64,000 bases of DNA from Octopus sinensis (Eukaryota). The notes beneath the pieces are model-generated. The model searched no databases, was not told the DNA's origin, and worked only from the letters and a program-made list of their open reading frames with translations. Position numbers and translations under genes: made by a program. The stretch is taken from contig NW_021834232.1 of the NCBI RefSeq assembly GCF_006345805.1, positions 1 through 64,000 of the forward strand, given 5' to 3'. Positions 37,880 to 50,163 of the stretch are shown in pieces; position 1 is the first letter of the stretch; every line of letters begins with the position of its first letter.

Positions 37880-38612
37880 CAGGGCTGGCCAACCCAAGGC
37901 CCGCGGGCCGCATGCGGCCCGCGATAGAGTTTGGTGCGGCCCGCGAGAGAAATTTTGTATGTAGTTAACCTATAAATACATTCAAGATAAATTTTTCTTA
38001 AGTTTAATAAATAAAGATAAATTTTATAAGTTTAATAAATTTTAAAGTTTATCTATTTTTGTAGCTGTTATCAATATGAAGAAAAGGAAAATTTTTGAAG
38101 AAAACAGGCAATTCACCAATCATTGGGAAGAAGATTACTTTTTTATAATGCATAATTCCAAGCCAACATGTTTAATTTGCAAGGAGAAAGTATCGGTGGT
38201 GAAAGAGTACAATGTAAGAAGACATTATGAAACAAAGCATTCCGAATACGCGAAATTTAGTAAGGAATTGAAAACAAGGAAACTGGATTCGCTTAAATCT
38301 GAATTGAGAAATCAGCAAAGACTATTAAATTCATCGATACACTCTTCTTCTGATACTGTTAAAGCAAGCTACTCTGTTGCAATGATAATTTCAAAGAGAA
38401 TGAAATCATTTTCGGATGGAAAATTAAGTGAAGATAAAGAAAAACAGATTTCTCATTGATACGTATAATTGGACTGAATGCTATTTTACTAAATAAAATC
38501 TTATCTGTGTTGTTTTGATATCTATCCTTAGTATGTACATGTATATGCGGCCCGCGGAAAGGATTCATTTGGACAAAGTGGCCCGCGATGCGATTTGGGT
38601 TGGCCAGGCCTG
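37880..38612 (+). mobile_element. hAT (SPIN/GTF2IRD2-like) deletion derivative, 733 bp
   Basis: TIR CAGG(G/C)CTGGCCAACCCAA (17 of 18 match); exact TSD GTCTAAGA (37872-37879 and 38613-38620); ORF 38076-38459 MKKRKIFEENRQF..WEEDYFF..CLIC..NVRRHY. Confidence 0.93.
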
Positions 38613-39700
38613 GTCTAAGAGGTCGAGGATCCCGAACCTGGACTGCAAGGTACAAAAAAAAACCTGGATTTTTTTCCTGAGGTCTTCACCGTTTTCTTTC
38701 ACGATTTCTTTTAGTCCCTTTGGTTGAATTTTGTTCCCTGTGACACTCGCTAGGAGGTTTACAATCTCCATTTGAATATTGTCGATTTTTTGACATTTGT
38801 ATATGCTAGATTGCTTCCACATACTGTACATCCGTAATCAATTGTCGACTTAATTTATTTGGTGTACAGAGACTCTAATCCGTAAGTTCCTTTGACGTCT
38901 TTCAAGTTTCCAAGAAATGCTTTAAGAAAGTTTCGGGGAACACAAGTCTGGGGATGTGGTCGATTCTTTTCCATTATATGGCGTCCTTGTATTTTACTTT
39001 GGATCGTTCATAATGGACAGTCTTTTGAACTCGGAAATAATGAGGTTTCCTCTCGCATCCGCCGGTTGTTCCTGAAACCACTGAGGGTGCTTGGCATTAA
39101 AATCTCCGGAAAGCAGTAAGTTGTCCATATTATCAAGGCTAGACTGATCGACAGAAAATCTTTTGCCGCATGACCCCAGTGGGGGAATATATAAGTTTCT
39201 TATAGTAATAATTCCATTGGAGGTATGAATAGTAAGTCCCATGACTTCAGAGTTAGCATCTTGGGGCCGTTTTGTAAAGATTTCATGAATTTTTGTGAAT
39301 GCAATTCCCTTTCTGACAAGGGTCATTAAGCCCCCACCTCAACCCGTGGGTCGATCCTGTCTTACAACGTTATAACCATGGAATCTTTGAATGCTGGTCA
39401 TTACTAATAACTTCGTTTCTTGTAGCAGGCAAATATAGATATTCTTTCTTTTCATGTACATATTGAGGTCTTTGGCCTATCCTCTGACGCCATTTATGTT
39501 TAAGCTCATAACGTTCAAGAATTTCTTTGGTCCAGGATTTTGTTCAACAGACAATAGCAACAGAAAGGCTTCGGTTTTGCAAGAGTGCTGTCCAGAGGGA
39601 GGTCATCTGGATGGTTGATGACTATTGGTTCTTTTTGAAACAATATAGTATTGTTCTTGACGCCACCACAAAACGGCGAACCACATGCCGCACAAAAATA
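38613..39700 (-). mobile_element. APE-type (Ingi/I-like) LINE remnant: 2A-like motif, APE domain, RT deleted, post-RT region
   Basis: VEQNPGP, then MSLNINGVRG, LQETKL, GGGLMTL, NLYIPP, GDFNAKH; later KSTIDYG..KIDNIQ. The sequence continues across the hAT TSD to about 37860. Confidence 0.8.
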
Positions 39701-41089
39701 ATGACCGAAAAAGATTTCTCAAGTAAGATTGGCTTCTCAAGCGCCGGGAAAATTTAGTCTTTTAAACTTAATTTCCCCCAAATTCACGTGTTTCCTGCAT
39801 TCCATTCACGATGCCTCAAGTCGAAGTAGTGGAGTTCGAGGATTACCGTCAAATCACCGTGGCTGACTAACCGGGACTTGTGGAAAGATTTTTGGTCGGT
39901 GGAGATCTCGATTTGAGTTTTTAAGACATGTTGAACGGTATCGTTTTTTAATGTTTTCCTTGATCTTTCCCTCTATTTATTTCCTTAGTTTCACGACTTG
40001 AAGTGTCAGTTGGAGGACTAAAAGGAGGGACTGAGTCGCCTCCCTTTTTTGTGATGTGCAATAAAGTCTCTGCAAATTTTGGAGTTGGCATTCCAGACTT
40101 TCTGACTAAATTACGCTCTAAACTCTTTGCCTAATAAAATGCAGTATACCATCACACCAGTAGAACAACTAATGTATCCGAGAAGGCACAGATAAGGGTC
40201 ACTAATTTAGCCTCACCTACCTTACATAGTGAGGTTGTGGTCACCTGTGTTAATACTATAAATGTTCACCCAACCAATTGGGTGATTAACTGAGAAAGGA
40301 TACCAAGCCGGTGATGTAAGCAGGGTACTTTATTTTCATCCAGGAAGCCATCATGCCCCCATAGAAGCGTCCAAAAAAATAATTTGTGTTTTGAAGGGAA
40401 ATAAATAGTCAATTAAACTGACGTAGCTGGCTTGTTCAGCAGCCAAACATCCAAATGAAATGTTTCCTTAAAAAAGACCAAGAGAGGGAAAACACAAATA
40501 AGGTGACAACTAACGTTATTATAAATATTATTTATTAAGCTTAAACAATTTTACAAACAAATAAATTAATACAAAAATTTAATAAATAAATTACGTGGTG
40601 GGTTTTGATCTGGAACACGACGGCAGTAAAACTAATGAAGAGACAGCCGATTTGGGAAAAAATAATAGAAATATAATCTTTATTGACCATGCCGACGCGG
40701 TAAAATATTTATTAAAACGTTCAAATATACGTGTTTGCTCAATTTTATTTAATTTATCGTCGGTGACAGACCAAAATCCCAAATTTTAAGGCGCACGTAA
40801 TAATTTAAACAGTTTTCAGGCTTACCACCATTTTTATTTAAAAATTTTTAACAATAAGATCCATCAAAAAATTATTAGTTTTATTTTGTTTAAAATTCGA
40901 AAAGTTATTTTATTATTTTATTTTATAAACAGATTCAAACAATTTATTTTATAAACAGATTCAAAACAAATAACGTAACCCGAGTTGTTAATTTTAATAA
41001 ACAATATTTTCGATTTAATTTCTTATTAGAAAATCATAATTTGTTAATTAATTTGATTAAAAATCAACAATTAATAATAATTAAATTAT

Positions 41090-41686
41090 GTCACCCATGC
41101 AAACAGTGCACTACGCAGCTTAAAGGAAAATTGGCCAAAACGCAAAGGACTCAGCACAAAAACACGGATACGACTATTCAATTCACCAGTGAAGCCTATA
41201 CTCCTATATAACGCCGGAACTTGGGGACTTTCCGCTACAGACAATGACAACCTAGACTCTTTCCATAGAGATCACTTCCGACGTACTCTAGCCTCCAAGT
41301 GGCATTCAAGGCTGAGTAGCAGAACAGTTTATGCCAGAACATCAAGCAAACCAATCTCGCTTGAAATTACCGAATACAGATGGAGGCTGTTTGAACACAT
41401 TCTAAGGATGGATTTGGATGCACCGGCAAACGCCGCTATGGAGGACTATTTCGAAGCTGGGGGCCATCGTTTCCGTGGGAGACCAAGAAATACTCTCCCG
41501 GGTACGCTGGATAGAGACCTAAAAAGGGCTGGTAAAGAATTGAAGGACGGGGACGATCTCGATGCACTACGGGACGTCGCCCAAGATCGCGGGAAATGGA
41601 ATAAACTAATTACTTGTATTGTTCCCTGTGCTGCACAAGCTTTGTCATGATCCATGGCATCGCGAAAGTGCCTATAATAATAATTA
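41090..41686 (+). mobile_element. RTE 3' fragment with (TAA)n tail
   Basis: KPILLYNAGTW, LDSFHR, RWRLFEHILRM, RGRPRNTLP, AQDRGKW; tail ATAATAATAAT. Confidence 0.85.
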
Positions 41687-41689
41687 TGT

Positions 41690-42410
41690 GACCAGAAGCT
41701 GAACTACCTCAAGCCTAAGCTTAACCAACATCGCTTGGCTTGTTTATTGGCTGCCTCACAACCATATTCGGGGGCTTGGTTGACCGCCATCCCAATGGGA
41801 TCGATTGGAACCTTATTGGACGATGATTGCCTGAGGATCGGCGTCTTATTGCGCCTGGGGCTGAACGTATGCCGAGAACACCGGTGCCGCTGTGGATCGA
41901 CCGTTGACTCCTCTGGAACGCACCCATTATAAAAGAAGCTCCCGATTCTTTCCCCGATACGCTGCTCTGAACGACATAATCAAGCGGACTCTCGAAACTG
42001 CCGGATTCCCATCACAGTTTTAACCGGTCGGCCTGGTTCGGGAGGATGGTAAACTTCTTGACGGCCTAACGACCTTCCCCTTTGAAAATGGCAAGTCGCT
42101 CATCTGGGACGCAACTTTGCACGGGCACCTTCTCTGCCGGAAAGTCAGCTACAGAGCCGGGCCCCGTAGCCAACCTGGCAGAAACATTAAAAGTCAAGAA
42201 ATACAGTGCATTATAGCACCGTCATATCTTTGCCCCGATCGCAGCGGAGACGTCGTGAGTCCTCGGTCCCATGACTAAACAATTCCTTATTAAACTGGGG
42301 GACCTGGCAAGCAGAAGGAGAAACGATCATCGAGAACGGACATGGCTTTTCCAACGCATATCAATAGCCATCTTGCGTGAGAATTGCTATTCCATCTTAT
42401 TCTCTGCTGC
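41690..42410 (+). mobile_element. CRE 3' fragment (Zn finger plus RLE)
   Basis: QPYSGAWLTAIP, CRCGSTVDSSGTHPL, EDGKL.DG, IWDAT, AAETS, WLFQRISIAILRENC. Confidence 0.88.
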
Positions 42411-42599
42411 TAATTAAATATTTATCAACACTTTTTGGTATTGTGATGATTAAATTACACATTACAATTTTTTTCTTACCATCCTCAATACAAAGATAAA
42501 GATCGCCAATTTTTTGAACAGAAAATTGGCCACTTTTACATGTTCTAAGAAGATAATAATGAACATAGTGAAAGTTATGCTCATGAAGCAGCTGAGGCA

Positions 42600-42885
42600 T
42601 CTTTCGAAATAATGAAATACTTCTTTTATGACTTAAGTTAGTTATTTAATTGCCAAAATGGGTAAAGCGCATTCAATTGGCGAAACACTGATCAAGCTTA
42701 ACCACTTTGTAATAGTAGCAAACAATTACATTATTCTTGTTAATTTTTCGAAAAGAGTTCTTTTTTTGATATTTTTTGGTAAAAGATCTTAACAAATATT
42801 TATTTTAAATATTATTTAGGGGTGCCGAGAATAAAGTTAACATTTTAGGGATGTCGCGAAATAGCGAGTTTTGGAAACCCCGATT
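42600..42885 (+). mobile_element. Buster-type hAT remnant
   Basis: SYLIAKMGKAHSIGETLIK and a Buster-like end GGGGTGCCG...GGAAACCCC. Confidence 0.45.
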
Positions 42886-43395
42886 TAGATAATTTTGAGC
42901 TCGTCCATAGTCTTCAGTAAACAGAGATGCATGGCATAATGCGAAAACTGTAGAGAAATGTTATTTCTATGACAGTCCTCCGCATAAACAGGCCGAATCT
43001 TAATTTTTGAAAGCAGCGTAGTTCCTCCTTTTACCTCTGACACACGTCAAGTCTACCACACATTAGTCTTACAGTTATAAGTGGAGAAGCCCATGTTTTA
43101 AATCCTTACAACATCTTTCATTAAATGTGTTTCAATACACCGGAATTTTAGTGTTTGTCTATTAGAAGGCAATTAAGTAAATACACATTGAGTCAACACA
43201 AAAAGACTACAAAATGACTATTCAGAAGGTAAAAGTCGGCCATGGACAACAACTCGCCCTCCTACCAATAAACACGACCTCCTCACTCTGAAGGGATTCC
43301 CCACAGACATGACTGCCCCCATCAATGAAGAAAAACACAGCAAAAACAACTCCCTTCATCCAACTCCATCGCCCTCTCCCTGAATGTCTGCACTC

Positions 43396-46300
43396 TCAAT
43401 TCCGTGGAATACTCGTCCTGTCTACTCGATTCATCACCCAACTACTCAACCGAGGACTGCATGACAGAATAGCCCTAATCTGTGCACACACCCCATCCAA
43501 CACACCACTCAACGGAATCATCAATAACGCAAGAAATGTCTTCAAAAAATCCACCAACTTCAAACGCTCTTCCAAATCCGGAAATCCCGTCAAACATTTA
43601 AACATTTCAAAATCCCGTGAAGGCCAGCAAGTTCTGACCTGTCTCCCCAAAACACACATTTCCCACGTCTTCTGAACATGTGTGTTATATTCCGTGACGT
43701 AATCACCAAACTAGACATCCCACACAATCGCCACCTTCCACTGTCCCCTCGACATGAAGGAGGCAGGCACTGATATTTGCTCGAATAATATTGAACTCAG
43801 CTTACGACGCCTCAGAGGGATCGGCCGACCAGGAATTGTCCTCCCCAGGAATTGGACCACCTACCAGTCCCAAATGACGGCAAACTTCAAAGCGTTGAGT
43901 CTGGGTGGGGACATGGTTGGGGAGGGTCACCCACTCCAAATGTAGATTAAGGACATGTCGACAGTCCGCCTCCACCAAACCCATTAATCTGTCGACCGCA
44001 GAATTAACATCCAAAATGACAATCATCACCAACACGTGATTGTAACACGTACTCACGGAATTTAAAAAAACGCGGAAATATTCCAAAAAACGGTTCCATT
44101 GCCCCACGAGGACTGACTGGGGTACCACCAAGACCAACGCCGTAAAGTCCCTCAAATCCGCGGATATTTCCCTCAAATCACTCCAAATCTCAAATGTTCT
44201 CACAACCGAGAAAACCTCCGTTTTATCACCAAAAACGTGAAAAAACGAAAACAAATCCGACTACATCAAATCACCAAAACACTACTTCCGAGACTTTTCC
44301 GTAACTGAAAACCCCCTTGAGCCACATTCTGGTCAATTGCTCACACAAACTGAACTCCCCGGTGACAAAGCCGAGTACCACTTTAAATATGGCCACCCGG
44401 CCAACACAACTCTTTGAGTAGTTTAGCCAGTCATGTCCTCGAGGGAATGGTCCCCCACAGTACTCACAGAGTGACACTGCCCCAAGAGTACCCTCCAAGG
44501 GGGACTGAGGGAAAAGGGTGGCATACACAAACATGACTTTCCACCTCCGGAATACATTGTACTTGATTAGCCTGACACAACGACACGTGGAATCCACAAC
44601 ACTGGCAACCCTCGACTGAATTAGATCACGGTAAAGTAAGGATAGTGATGATTTCACCAGTCTACTGATGATTTCATTAGCAATGTCCTCAATAATGACC
44701 CTCCCGGTCTCCAATCTCCTCACCTTTCCACAATATGTACTGCTAGTGAGTGTGTAAAACAACCTGGACAAGGAATGAGTCACATGGCCTATTAGGGTCT
44801 CCCAAATCCTCTCGAATAGATTTGAGGTCACATTCCCAACCAGCATGCTCTCCTCTCTCGACCTTAAAGCCTTCGTCCTCGCCTTCTCTTCTATCAATCT
44901 GCTCACAATGTCCCTACAATATCAAAACAAAACTTTTACATTATTTTCCCGCCAATTACTTCATTCATTATATTTCCCGCAATTTTAGTTATGGTTGTAA
45001 AATTGTGGATTTTGTCTACTTTCCCGCCACTGGGGACTGTACTGATGAGCTGGCCATTGGAGTCAAATGATGACGTAACGTCACGAAGCACAACCGATTC
45101 TAAATTCCCGCCATTTAAAACGCGGGAAATATTTTGTGGATATCTCTGGTTGATATAATCCCCGAATTCAATGCACAGTTCGTCGACAAAAAGTTCTATC
45201 TGGTCATAAAACTCGTCAGAATCTTCCAGAAAAAGAAACTCTGAAACTTTCTCCAACAATTCCTCCGAACTGACACATAGCCAATCCCCCAACTTGTCCA
45301 CACAAACTCTATTCTATAAAATATTATTTTATTTAAATAATTTGTTCATAATTAATTAAAAATATTTAATTATTTAAAATAGTATTCTTGTGGTACCAAA
45401 CTTACATTTTCTGACGCCTGTCTGTAGGCGTCCCTGATGGAACACAGAGCAGTCTCATAAACATGTCTGCAATGATTCCGTGCAATACAGAGCACAAGAA
45501 CATTCTCAGTCTGACAAACAATCCGAAAAAACCGAACAAAATTCCCACAATTATAAGCACTATTAATAGCCAGTGCATCCACCACTTGCGGAGAATTGAG
45601 TACACATTCCCGCCATAACAAAACACGACTAGAGTGGTTAACCTAACATTAACCTGAGGGCAGTCTCGTTGCCCAGGTTCAGCAAAATGTAATAACTCCT
45701 AAACTCTGATTCATTACTCTCCAGATTTGGGCGTTTTAGGTCAGAATACATTTGGTCCAGTGACTGGAGACAGTTCACTAGGCCTTTGATGTTGAGTTTC
45801 AAGTCGAAATCAGAGTCATCGTTTGCTCCAAGAAAGCCCATGGAAAACACGTGGAAACGTGTACATTTCTCCACAAGGGAAATGACGCGGGAACCCACCA
45901 ATCCTTGTTGTGTAATATCCTTAAATAATTTAATTAATTTTTAAAATATATAATTAATAAAATAAATAAGTACTTTTTGAATACTTCTAAATCGGTCCCA
46001 CAAAAAGTTGTACCAGTCATTTTCATTGCCAGAGGAGAGTTGAGGAACCACTGAGGAGAGAAGGTAGTGCATGGTGTACTCCAGGACACTCAGAGGCCTC
46101 AATTCGTGTGGGAGAGGACGGTCCTGCCTTACTAGAACACTCCCTACCTGGTCAGCCGATGGTCTGCTGTACAACTTAACCATTCTTCGGTGGTCAGCCT
46201 CGATGTGGAGCATGTTCTATTATGCTTGATAGTCCTTACTGAACTGTCCTTTATTTCGAATGGACTGAGCATTCCTTGTACTTCTCGTAGGTAACGTTCT

Positions 46301-46638
46301 CTCTCCGGACACATGTCAGTCAGAGTTCCTTCAATTGTCCCGTCCGCCTTCCTCGACGAGTCTCTTCTCATTAGGGAGTCTCGGTGGTCGAGGATTTTCA
46401 TTCTTTGTTTGGCTGTGTGTGCTGGGGATTGTAAAATTGGGTCGCCTTCTTGTGCTTCGGGCATTGGAGGGTTCTTTCCAAATATTCCGGAATCTCCATT
46501 AATCAGAATTAGAGTACATTGGGATGTGTTCGAGAAGAGGGATTTGTCATTTTGGGGTTGTTTATTAGATAAGTCCTCGTTCTTCTTTAATGTGTCGAAT
46601 AAAGTTGAATTATTCGTTGTGTAGTCATATGGGTCCAT
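43396..46638 (-). CDS. MCM3AP: SAC3/GANP family mRNA export factor (multi-exon; 3' end uncertain, could extend to about 43226)
   Basis: GTLTDMCPERERYLRE, VKLYSRPSADQ..PLPHELRP, WYNFLWDRFRSIQKDITQQ, EKCTRFH, EFRSYYILL. Introns 46217-46239 (23 nt), 46124-46147 (24, in frame), 45920-45973 (54), 45629-45653 (25), 45314-45405 (92), 44914-44939 (26), 44261-44285 (25), 43780-43805 (26, tentative). Confidence 0.88.
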
Positions 46639-46724
46639 TTATCCCCACAACAACTAAATATGTTTAAAGTATTTTTATTGTTTATTTAAGCTTAACTAAA
46701 TAATGTAAATATATTATATAAATA

Positions 46725-48140
46725 GGAATACTAGGTGCGGTAGAATGCTGAATAGCTCATATCTTAGACGGCATAACGAAGTAGTCAGATGTATTCACTT
46801 ACATCCAGTGTTCCCTCTAAGCTGCGCGCGTGCGCGGCCGCGCATCAGTTTGCACCTTGCTGCGCAGCGAAATTTTTTTCTGCGCAGTAGAAAGTATAAT
46901 ATTAAAAATTGCTATTTTTTTTAATTTTTTATATGAATTTATATATTCTTATTTTCATTTGAAGGACCATACCGACATGAAAATTGTCCATCGAACACTG
47001 GAGTCTCTTGTAGAGGCAAGTGGGAGGGATCGTGGAGATGGACCACAAGCATTTCACCGTACATACAGAAAGTGTGTGGGGTCACGGTCTGAACATCGTG
47101 AAAAGATGGCTAGACTGTTGAGAAGTGTCGGAATCACCTGAACACGTTAGTTAATGGTTAAGACGGTGATTCTGTTTTTGGCTTAAATAATAATAATAAT
47201 AATAATTTCAAAACGAAAACGTGTCTATAACCTGGATTTAGTTTGATGAACTGTATCAAAACTAAACTACGTAATAGACTTGAGATTGACCATTTGGAGA
47301 TGATCATGCGAATCAAGTTCTATTTAACAAGTGGGAATACAGTGGATCTTGATCGAGTATACAAATTTTGGATACAAAATAAAAACAGAAGAGAATATCC
47401 AATTGACTAGACCTATTTTTTTAACCATTGGTTTTTTAATTGTAAAATTTTCCCCCCCCAAAAAATTTTTTGCACACTTCACTTTATAACGCTGCACAAT
47501 GCAATGTGCCCAGCGCGCATAGCTACCACTCGCTTAGAGGGAACACTGCTTACATCTCTCTCGTCAATATGGAATAAGGAAAACTAAGAAACTAAAGACA
47601 CACTCAGTTCAATCTGTTGTTAGCAATGAATTTGTGGAGATTCGTGTGGATACTACGATTAGTACGGATACAGCTGTGGCGAATAACAAACCTGATATAT
47701 TTGTTCATGACAAAATGAGGAATACAATTACTCTAATCGAAGTTGGGATTACTTCGCAAAATTGCCTCAAGCAGGTCGAAGTTGAGAAGTTCCACAAATA
47801 TGACTTATTGACAAATGAACTTGAAGCATTTCATCACGCAAAAGTGAAAGTAATCCCTGTTGTAATGACCTGAGATGGAATTGTCTCAAGATTTTTCAAG
47901 GGTCATCTTGATGTCCTCAAGCTGGAAGAAAGAGTGAGAGCATATATTCAGACAGTGGTTCTGAGGAAGACATTGGAGAGTATGCAGGCTGAAGAGAGGC
48001 ATGGTATATCGATACCTAGTGAGGAGAAAGCTGACACGGAATGTCAACCAAGGGCAGTCTCAGAATGTAGAGTGTGCTTCGACGAGAACACACCCATACG
48101 GTCACTGGATTATGGGCCCAAAAAGAGAAGATTAAGCTAA
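46725..48140 (+). mobile_element. R4/Dong-like RLE 3' fragment split by a hAT insertion
   Basis: YLRRHNEVVRCIHL | hAT | ..EIRVDT..NNKPDIFV..EVGITS..KYDLL..VIPVVMT.DG..YIQTVVLRKTLES. Confidence 0.85.
46806..47548 (+). mobile_element. Non-autonomous hAT, 743 bp
   Basis: Perfect 16-bp TIR CAGTGTTCCCTCTAAG; exact TSD CTTACATC (46798-46805 and 47549-47556); retains dimerization-domain end FSLMNCIKTKLRNRL...MRIK. Confidence 0.93.
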
Positions 48141-48221
48141 TTAATTAATTACTTTAACATGGATTTGTATTGTTCAAAAAAATAACAATAAATAAATAGG
48201 AATATATTAAAGAATTAAATT

Positions 48222-48547
48222 TTTAATTAATTCTTAAAAGAAATAGTGAGGGGAAACAGGATCGCCATCAGTTCTTCTTTACATACATTACATTAGATTA
48301 ATTGATTTCTTATTCTAATAATAAGCACGTCAAATAAAAAATTCTTAAAATATCAGTAAATTTTAAAAGCAACTCAAAGGTTTTAAAAGCAACTTAAAGG
48401 TTTTAAAAGCAACTCTATTAGTAATACTAACTAATAATTATTGTCGTAAGTCGTAAGTTAAAATCAATTAATCTAATGTAATGTATGTAAAGAAGAACTG
48501 ATGGCGATCCTGTTTCCCCTCACTATTTCTTTTAAGAATTAATTAAA
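48222..48547. repeat. Perfect 87-bp inverted repeat (48222-48308 / 48461-48547) around a 152-bp spacer containing about 3 x 20-bp tandem repeats
   Basis: Arms checked base by base as exact reverse complements; TTTTAAAAGCAACT(C/T)AAAGG repeats at 48361-48415. Confidence 0.95.
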
Positions 48548-50163
48548 TCGGATTTATCACTCCAAATCATCTAAATTCTTTGTTTAAGATCTGAAATTCT
48601 TAATGATTACTTTTGTTAATTCAATAATTTTTTAAATTATTAAAATTTGAAAAAAGTAACTCAGTTAACAAGAACGCGGAAATTAAACAAAGAAATTTTC
48701 ATCAATCAGGTGATTGAGCGTCATAGTAACGAACATAAAAATGTAACATTACCTATGCGAATTTTTTTTTGAATTGAAATGTTTATTTTCTATAATAAAA
48801 ATTACAAACATTGTCCCAAACAGTCTCGTATAATATAAATTCAGTTTTCAACAGAGTCTGTATTCAACCGCTACATATGATTCTGTGCAAACTCTTCCGG
48901 TCCTTATTTATGTGACGAAAAGGGTTTAGACGAGATGACCTTCTTCCAGTATAGAAGCAACGTCTCCTATGTCGAATAAAACAAAGCAAAAGTTCACTTA
49001 TATTATGAAACAATTTTTAAAGAAACATTACAAATTGATTGAATATAAAATGAAAATGTAATTTTTTAAAAGTTAATTTTTTTAATCATTGACTTTGGAA
49101 TTGTCTTCCTTTCACCAGATGTGCAATTCTCAACGAGAACGGAATGCAGAGAAACTTCTTCCACTACTAGAAATTGTTCCTTGCTAAAAAAACTAGTGAG
49201 TGGATATTTTCTTGTTTTTATATTTTTATCGAAATCAATTTTAATTGTAACATTATTTTCAATTGTGATATCTTTTTTTCGAAAATTTTTATTTGCGTCT
49301 TCTGTAACTTTTCTTTTATACTTTTCATTATGAGTTTTTACTTCTAAGGATAATTCCGTTTCTTCCGATTCTGAGTTAATCTCTTCTTCTGCGCCTCCAC
49401 ATGGCAAAACATTAAAACCCGTTATTCCGTAAAATAGACTGGGTAAATAAAAAGAGACTAACCAAAATATTGACTTTCCAGTTGCGCGATGACAAGTTAT
49501 GTTGTATTTATACACCACCTTCTCTAGAATTTCTCTCCACCTTATAGATTCTGTTGCGAACAAAGTCTTCCCCAACCAACGTTTGAGAGTTTGGTTATAT
49601 CTTTCTATTTGTCCTTGAGATTGTGGGTGCCTTGGTCTTCCATATATCGGAGTTATTTTCCAATCATCAAAAAGTTTTGAAACTTCTTTGTTGCGGAATT
49701 CCTTTCCATTGTCCGAATGAAAATAAATTGGAGGACCGACAGTCTGGAATAAACTCTCAATTGCATTATAGATGCTTTGTGATGTTTTATTCTCTAACGC
49801 GAATGACCATGCAAACTTTGTGTATGCATCGATGACAGTAAGTATCCATTTAAAATTGTCATTATTTGCAGAATACCGCCTTAGATCTATACAGTCGGCG
49901 ATAAATCTTTCGTATTTTTTTTCCACAGAAATTATTCTGATAATTTCACAAGTACTTAAAGAGTTAAATGATTGGCACGGTATGCATTTTGATACAAAAT
50001 CACGAATTATACATTGTTTAATTCCAATATATTTTTGAGCCGGTTAACCAAAATTAGGCGACACAAATAAAATTTATTCCCAAAATCATAATGATTTGGA
50101 GTGATAAATCCGATTTATCACTCCGGACACTTAGAACTGGCCCGGACGCTATAACTTACGACA
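48442..50163 (-). mobile_element. Ginger2/TDD-like (KRBA2/SCAND3-type integrase) DNA transposon
   Basis: TGT...ACA termini; TIR about 73 bp (TGTCGTAAGTTA...CGGATTTATCACTCCAAATCAT; left copy interrupted); 5-bp ATTAT on both flanks. Confidence 0.75.
49066..50040 (-). CDS. DDE (rve) integrase, N-terminally damaged
   Basis: FVSKCIPCQ (Zn-binding), ERFIADCIDL, LTVIDAYTKFAW, HSDNGKEF, GRPRHPQSQGQIERYNQTLK. The frame is open upstream of the called start (49926) to about 50040. Confidence 0.9.
   Translation of the reverse strand, partial: AQKYIGIKQCIIRDFVSKCIPCQSFNSLSTCEIIRIISVEKKYERFIADCIDLRRYSANNDNFKWILTVIDAYTKFAWSFALENKTSQSIYNAIESLFQTVGPPIYFHSDNGKEFRNKEVSKLFDDWKITPIYGRPRHPQSQGQIERYNQTLKRWLGKTLFATESIRWREILEKVVYKYNITCHRATGKSIFWLVSFYLPSLFYGITGFNVLPCGGAEEEINSESEETELSLEVKTHNEKYKRKVTEDANKNFRKKDITIENNVTIKIDFDKNIKTRKYPLTSFFSKEQFLVVEEVSLHSVLVENCTSGERKTIPKSMIKKINF

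Noticed and set aside
43325-43945. Plus-strand ORFs 43325-43675 and 43754-43945, and similar ones such as 46313-46624, 52164-52580 and 60689-61021
   Set aside because: Antisense shadows of SAC3, CNOT10 or LINE coding sequence.
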